DNA from: Heteronotia binoei
Taxonomy: Eukaryota
Direction of reading: 5' to 3'
Assembly: GCF_032191835.1 (NCBI RefSeq)
Contig: NC_083223.1
Span: 82,956,001 to 83,020,000 of the forward strand
Length of the DNA stretch: 64,000 nt
The notes under the pieces are model-generated. The model was not told the origin of the DNA and ran no database searches. It saw nothing but the letters and a program-made list of their open reading frames with translations. This document shows positions 60,281 through 64,000 of this stretch, piece by piece. A program made the position numbers and the translations under genes. The number at the start of each line of letters is the position of its first letter. Position 1 is the stretch's first letter.

Positions 60281-61216
60281 GGTTTTTACCATCATCTCAT
60301 TTGAATGCACAAAGAATTTAAATTTTACCTCCATTCAAGTCATTTTTAAAAATGTAAAGGAACTGATACATTCAACACCAGAGTAGATTCAGTACTGTTC
60401 CTCAATGGCGGGATTCACCCTCCATCAAATGCCCTCTGGGATAAGATTGTCTTACATGCCATTCTAAAAACAGGAAGTGAAGAAGCTCTCCCTCATCTGC
60501 TCTGGCAGGCCATTCCAAACAACAGGTCCCACCATGGAAAGAATCCCTGATATTGCTGTACAGCCACTTCCAAGAGAAGGCACCTTAAGAAGAAGGCTGT
60601 TTGAAGAACATTAAATGGGGAGAATACTGGAAAATGCAGTATAGTACTCAAAACTGAATTACAAACCGAAGTTCATCATGAACTCAGTAGCCATTTCACA
60701 CTCACTAGCCCCAAGAACTTCCCAGGAGGGTTTGTAGGATTTGTCCTAGCAGGCACACCACTTTCGGCAGCAAGGCTTGGAGAAGGCATTTACAGAGAGC
60801 CTTCTCCAAGCTGTGCCACTGCTGCTGCAGCACAACTCACAAGTGAACTGAAAACGCATTTATCTGGCTACCTGAGTTGTGCCACCACAACTGGGAATGC
60901 ATTTAAATGGGGGGAGTACAGGTGAACAAAAGGGATAACTGAAATGGTTTGCATTTATTTCAGCCTAACAGGCTAGGTGGATGCAAGCCATTTCAAGTAT
61001 CCATCTCATTTCCAAGCACGGGGGGGGGGGGGGGGGTGTGAGAGGGAACACTGAAATGGCTTGCAAAAGCCATTTAAATGGAACATTACCTTTAAATGTT
61101 TTTTGCAAACCATTTCAGTGATCCTTCTTAATCCCCCCTGCTTGGAAGTCGGAAGAAAGCAAAAGGGATTACTGAAATGGACTGCAAAAGCCATTTAAAG
61201 GAAACATTTCATTTAG

Positions 61217-61396
61217 ATGATTATTATGATATTGGATTTATATCCCACTTTCCACTCCAAATCTCAGAGTGGCTCACAATCTCCTTTATCTTCCTCCCCC
61301 ACAACAGACACCCTGTGAGGTGGGTGGGGCTGAGAGCGCTCTCCCAGAAGCTGCCCTTTCAAGGACAACTCCTGCGATAGCTATGGCTAACCCAAG
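61217..61396 (-). mobile_element. Same SINE family, 5'-truncated
   Basis: ATTGGATTTATATCCCAC...CTCAGAGTGGCTCACAATCTCC...CTATGGCTAACCCAAG. Confidence 0.78.
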
Positions 61397-61647
61397 TGGA
61401 AGAGTGGGGAATTTATATGGCTTTTGCAAGATCTTCCCCCTCCCTGCCATTCGGGGAGCTGCCACCAGCAGAAAGGAGGGAGTGAAGACCCATGAACCTC
61501 ACGAACCAAACTGGTGCATGAACTGGGGGAGGTTCAAAGGACCTCACGAACAATGAACCGGAATGAACCTCAATTTTTCCAGTTCATGGCCACCCTAAAA
61601 TAGCTAGCTGATGAAGTTGGTGCAGCAATAGAGCAGTATTTTCCAAG

Positions 61648-62460
61648 TAGGGTTGGGCATTTTTTTCCCTTTTTCAGTCTGGGTATACCAAACCGAAAAA
61701 AAATTTCTGGTTTCCAAAAAAATCTTGGATCCCAATTTCCATGCCATATTCAGACCCAGGATTTTTCAAAAGTCCCAATTTTGGAGGGGGGTGGTCCCAA
61801 AGACCTGAGAAGGGGAGGGGATTTCATAACAGAAGCTGTGCCTGTGGGGAGCACTCTGCTCCCCATGGGCACAGCCAATCATGGGATGACTTCTCTTGCT
61901 GCCCAGTTTAAATTGAGTGGCAAGAAAAGCCAACGCCAAGCCAAAGCAGAGGGGAGCTTTCAGTTCCCACTGCCCTATCTGATACTTGGCTGACTTCTCT
62001 TGCAGCTGCAAAAGGAGCTAATCCCAGCCAAGGCAGCACAGAGCTCTCAGCTCCCACTGTGCTGGCCAATCCTGGGCTGACCTCTTGCAGCTCAGTTTAA
62101 ACTGAGCTGGAAAAAGAACCAGTCCCAGACGAGGCAGCAGGGAGCACTCAGTTCCTGCTGCCCCAGCTGATCTTCTCTTCCAGCTCAATTTCAACAAAAT
62201 TGCAAGAGGAGCTAGCCCCAGCTGAGCCAGTGGTGGCTTAAAGTTTAAAAAAACTGCAGAAGCCCAACAAACAGCAGTCTGCTCCTGCCTTATCCTGTTT
62301 TCAGATCTACTGGCATTTAACGAATATATCCAGGATTTTCTCCCCCGTTTTCCTGAAAAAACCCACATACATTTGGGATGCTAAAATATACCTAGAAAAT
62401 ACTGATATGGTATTTTTCGGGTGTATTTTTGGCTCAGGTAGATCCAAATACACATCCCTA
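61648..62460. mobile_element. hAT-type non-autonomous element
   Basis: TAGGGTTGGGCATT...AATACACATCCCTA with flanks TTTCCAAG/ATTACAAG (6/8). Confidence 0.6.
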
Positions 62461-62461
62461 A

Positions 62462-62760
62462 TTACAAGCAGCTGACCCAGAGAGGAGAAGCTTGCAAGCC
62501 ATCTTCAAACCACATGCAGAATGTATTACAGCTATGCAGCCTTGAGGTTACAGCAGCATGCATCCATGTAGCCAGGTCAGCAGAATTTAGATAAGGGGCC
62601 AGGTTACAAGCTAGATGCAATTGAAAGAAGATACTTTCACCAACAGCACCAACTTGATTATCCACTAACAAGAACAGGTTTAGGAGCAAGCCCAAACCTT
62701 TAACTTCATCCACTACAAAAACCTTGTCTCCATATAAGTCTGGTAAATCACCACCAGCTA
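62462..62760 (-). mobile_element. Old L2 RT C-terminal fragment
   Basis: ...FFQLHLACNLAPYL...DLATWMHAAVTSRLHSCN parallels AFFHLKRARQLAPFL...DLATVIHATVTSRLDYCN of the intact L2. Confidence 0.7.
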
Positions 62761-62769
62761 ATGTGATGC

Positions 62770-63270
62770 ACTCAGTGTGATGCAGTGGCAAAAAAGGCTA
62801 ATGTGGTCTTGGGGTGTATCAACAGAGGCATGACATCCAAATCACAAGATGTCTTAGTCTCATTGTACACCGCATTGGTCAGGCCTCATTGAATGTACTT
62901 AGTGCAGTTCAGGAGGCCTCACTTCAAAAGGTTGTGGACAGATACAGCAGGTGCAGAGGAGGAACTTGGTTGTTCTACAAGGAAAAACGGAGGGACTTGG
63001 GAATGTTCAGTCTGGAGAAGAAAGCAGATTGAGGCAGCACATGATTGCTCTGTAAATATTTGAAAGGCTGTCAGAGGAGGGCAGGGAACGGATAGGACTC
63101 ATAATAGTGGGTTTAAATTATGAGTGGAAATATATTGGCTGGATATTAGAAAAAAATCAACATAAGAATAGATCAGCAGTAGAATCAGCTGCCTAGGGTG
63201 GCTGTGAGCTCCCTCTCACTGGCAGTCTTCAAATAGTGGCTGGATGAACACTTCTCAGAGATGCTTTAGA
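62770..63270 (+). mobile_element. Old CR1 RT C-terminal fragment
   Basis: aaaaaaggctaatgtggtcttggggtgtatcaacagagg...gggaatgttcagtctggagaagaaa...gaatcagctgcctaggg. Confidence 0.7.
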
Positions 63271-63271
63271 C

Positions 63272-63410
63272 CAGGGGTGTCAAACTCATTTGTTATGAGT
63301 GCCAGATCTGACATAAATGGGACTTTGTTGGGTCAGGCCACGTGTGTCATAAAATCTAATGTTAAGCAGCAGAGATATAAACTTCATAAAGGACACAAAC
63401 GCAATTAAAG
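63272..63410. mobile_element. Terminal fragment of the same hAT MITE family as 1572-2205
   Basis: CAGGGGTGTCAAACTCATTTGTTATGAGTGCCAGATCTGACATAAATG is near-identical to the 1572 copy. Confidence 0.75.
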
Positions 63411-64000
63411 ATATTACAGCAACTATTCCAACAGAGCCCCACATTAGAAGGTGGGGGTGTTAAAAGTAATATTTCTTTGCAAAACTGGAGTTCCTTAAGT
63501 TTGTTGAACTCTATACTTTAATTGTGGTTGGTCCCCAAACCTTCCCACCCATGCCCTTAAAATATAAACTAAAAATATAAATAGTGTGAGACCAGGACTC
63601 AAGGGAAAAACATGAAATGGTGGAGCACTGCAAGTTTCTTTTCACCCCTCCCCAGGTCTGCTCAGAGTGGTGGTGGCTCTCCAGGGTCTCGGGACTTTTT
63701 TTTACAGGTTTGAGATAATAATTTTGGTTGTCCTCTTCAGCACTTGTTCTGCTATTATTCCATTGGAGCTCCACATTATTTTAACTGTAGTTGGTCCCAA
63801 ACTTTTCCCTTCCCACCCTTAAAAGGGTCTAAATTGGAAAGATAGAGGAATAGTGGGGTTTTGCAAAGCAATTTTTAAAATAAAAAGCACAAAGATCATA
63901 GCAGGAGGACCCACCTAACCCCTATCTGTGAGGACGACTATGGAGGTCGAGAGCAGTGGCTGGGAAGTTTGGCAGCCCTGCCCTGTGCTTCCTGCTCTCA

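Noticed and set aside
56655-64000. RNGTT exon 4 equivalent (HGECPT...ELIG)
   Set aside because: Not found by manual scan; it probably lies beyond the right edge.
1-64000. CRISPR arrays, operons, prokaryotic promoters or terminators
   Set aside because: There are no regularly spaced repeat-spacer arrays, and the sequence is a vertebrate intron-exon locus.

Overview
Eukaryotic, vertebrate DNA. It is squamate and most likely gecko, inferred from Sauria/Squam-type SINEs. There is no prokaryotic content. The whole window lies inside the mRNA capping enzyme gene RNGTT on the minus strand. Four coding exons were found with canonical AG/GT borders and compatible phases, equivalent to human exons 5-8: 56654-56579, 36585-36339, 28063-27954 and 21773-21672. 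The rest is intron densely filled with transposable elements. (1) An apparently intact, very young DIRS1-type tyrosine-recombinase retrotransposon (13021-18886) with three open ORFs: Gag/LAP2alpha-like, RT-RNaseH-methyltransferase-like, and tyrosine recombinase. Its 143-bp ITRs are identical and it has an ICR. (2) An older, decayed DIRS of a different subfamily (38013-43337). (3) A full-length L1/Tx1-type LINE with a 16-bp TSD, interrupted by a tandem SINE pair. (4) An L2 LINE with an uninterrupted ~990-codon EN-RT frame. (5) CR1, L2 and L1 fragments, many hAT-type MITEs with 8-bp TSDs, a palindromic MITE with a 3-bp TSD, tRNA- and 5S-derived SINEs, and four assembly gaps. The best candidate for an under-described system is the intact DIRS element. 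It carries a phage-Dam-like methyltransferase domain of unknown function, and both DIRS insertions show a GAT crossover core. DIRS elements as a class are already known. Repeat family names come from manual recognition and recalled consensus sequences, not database searches.
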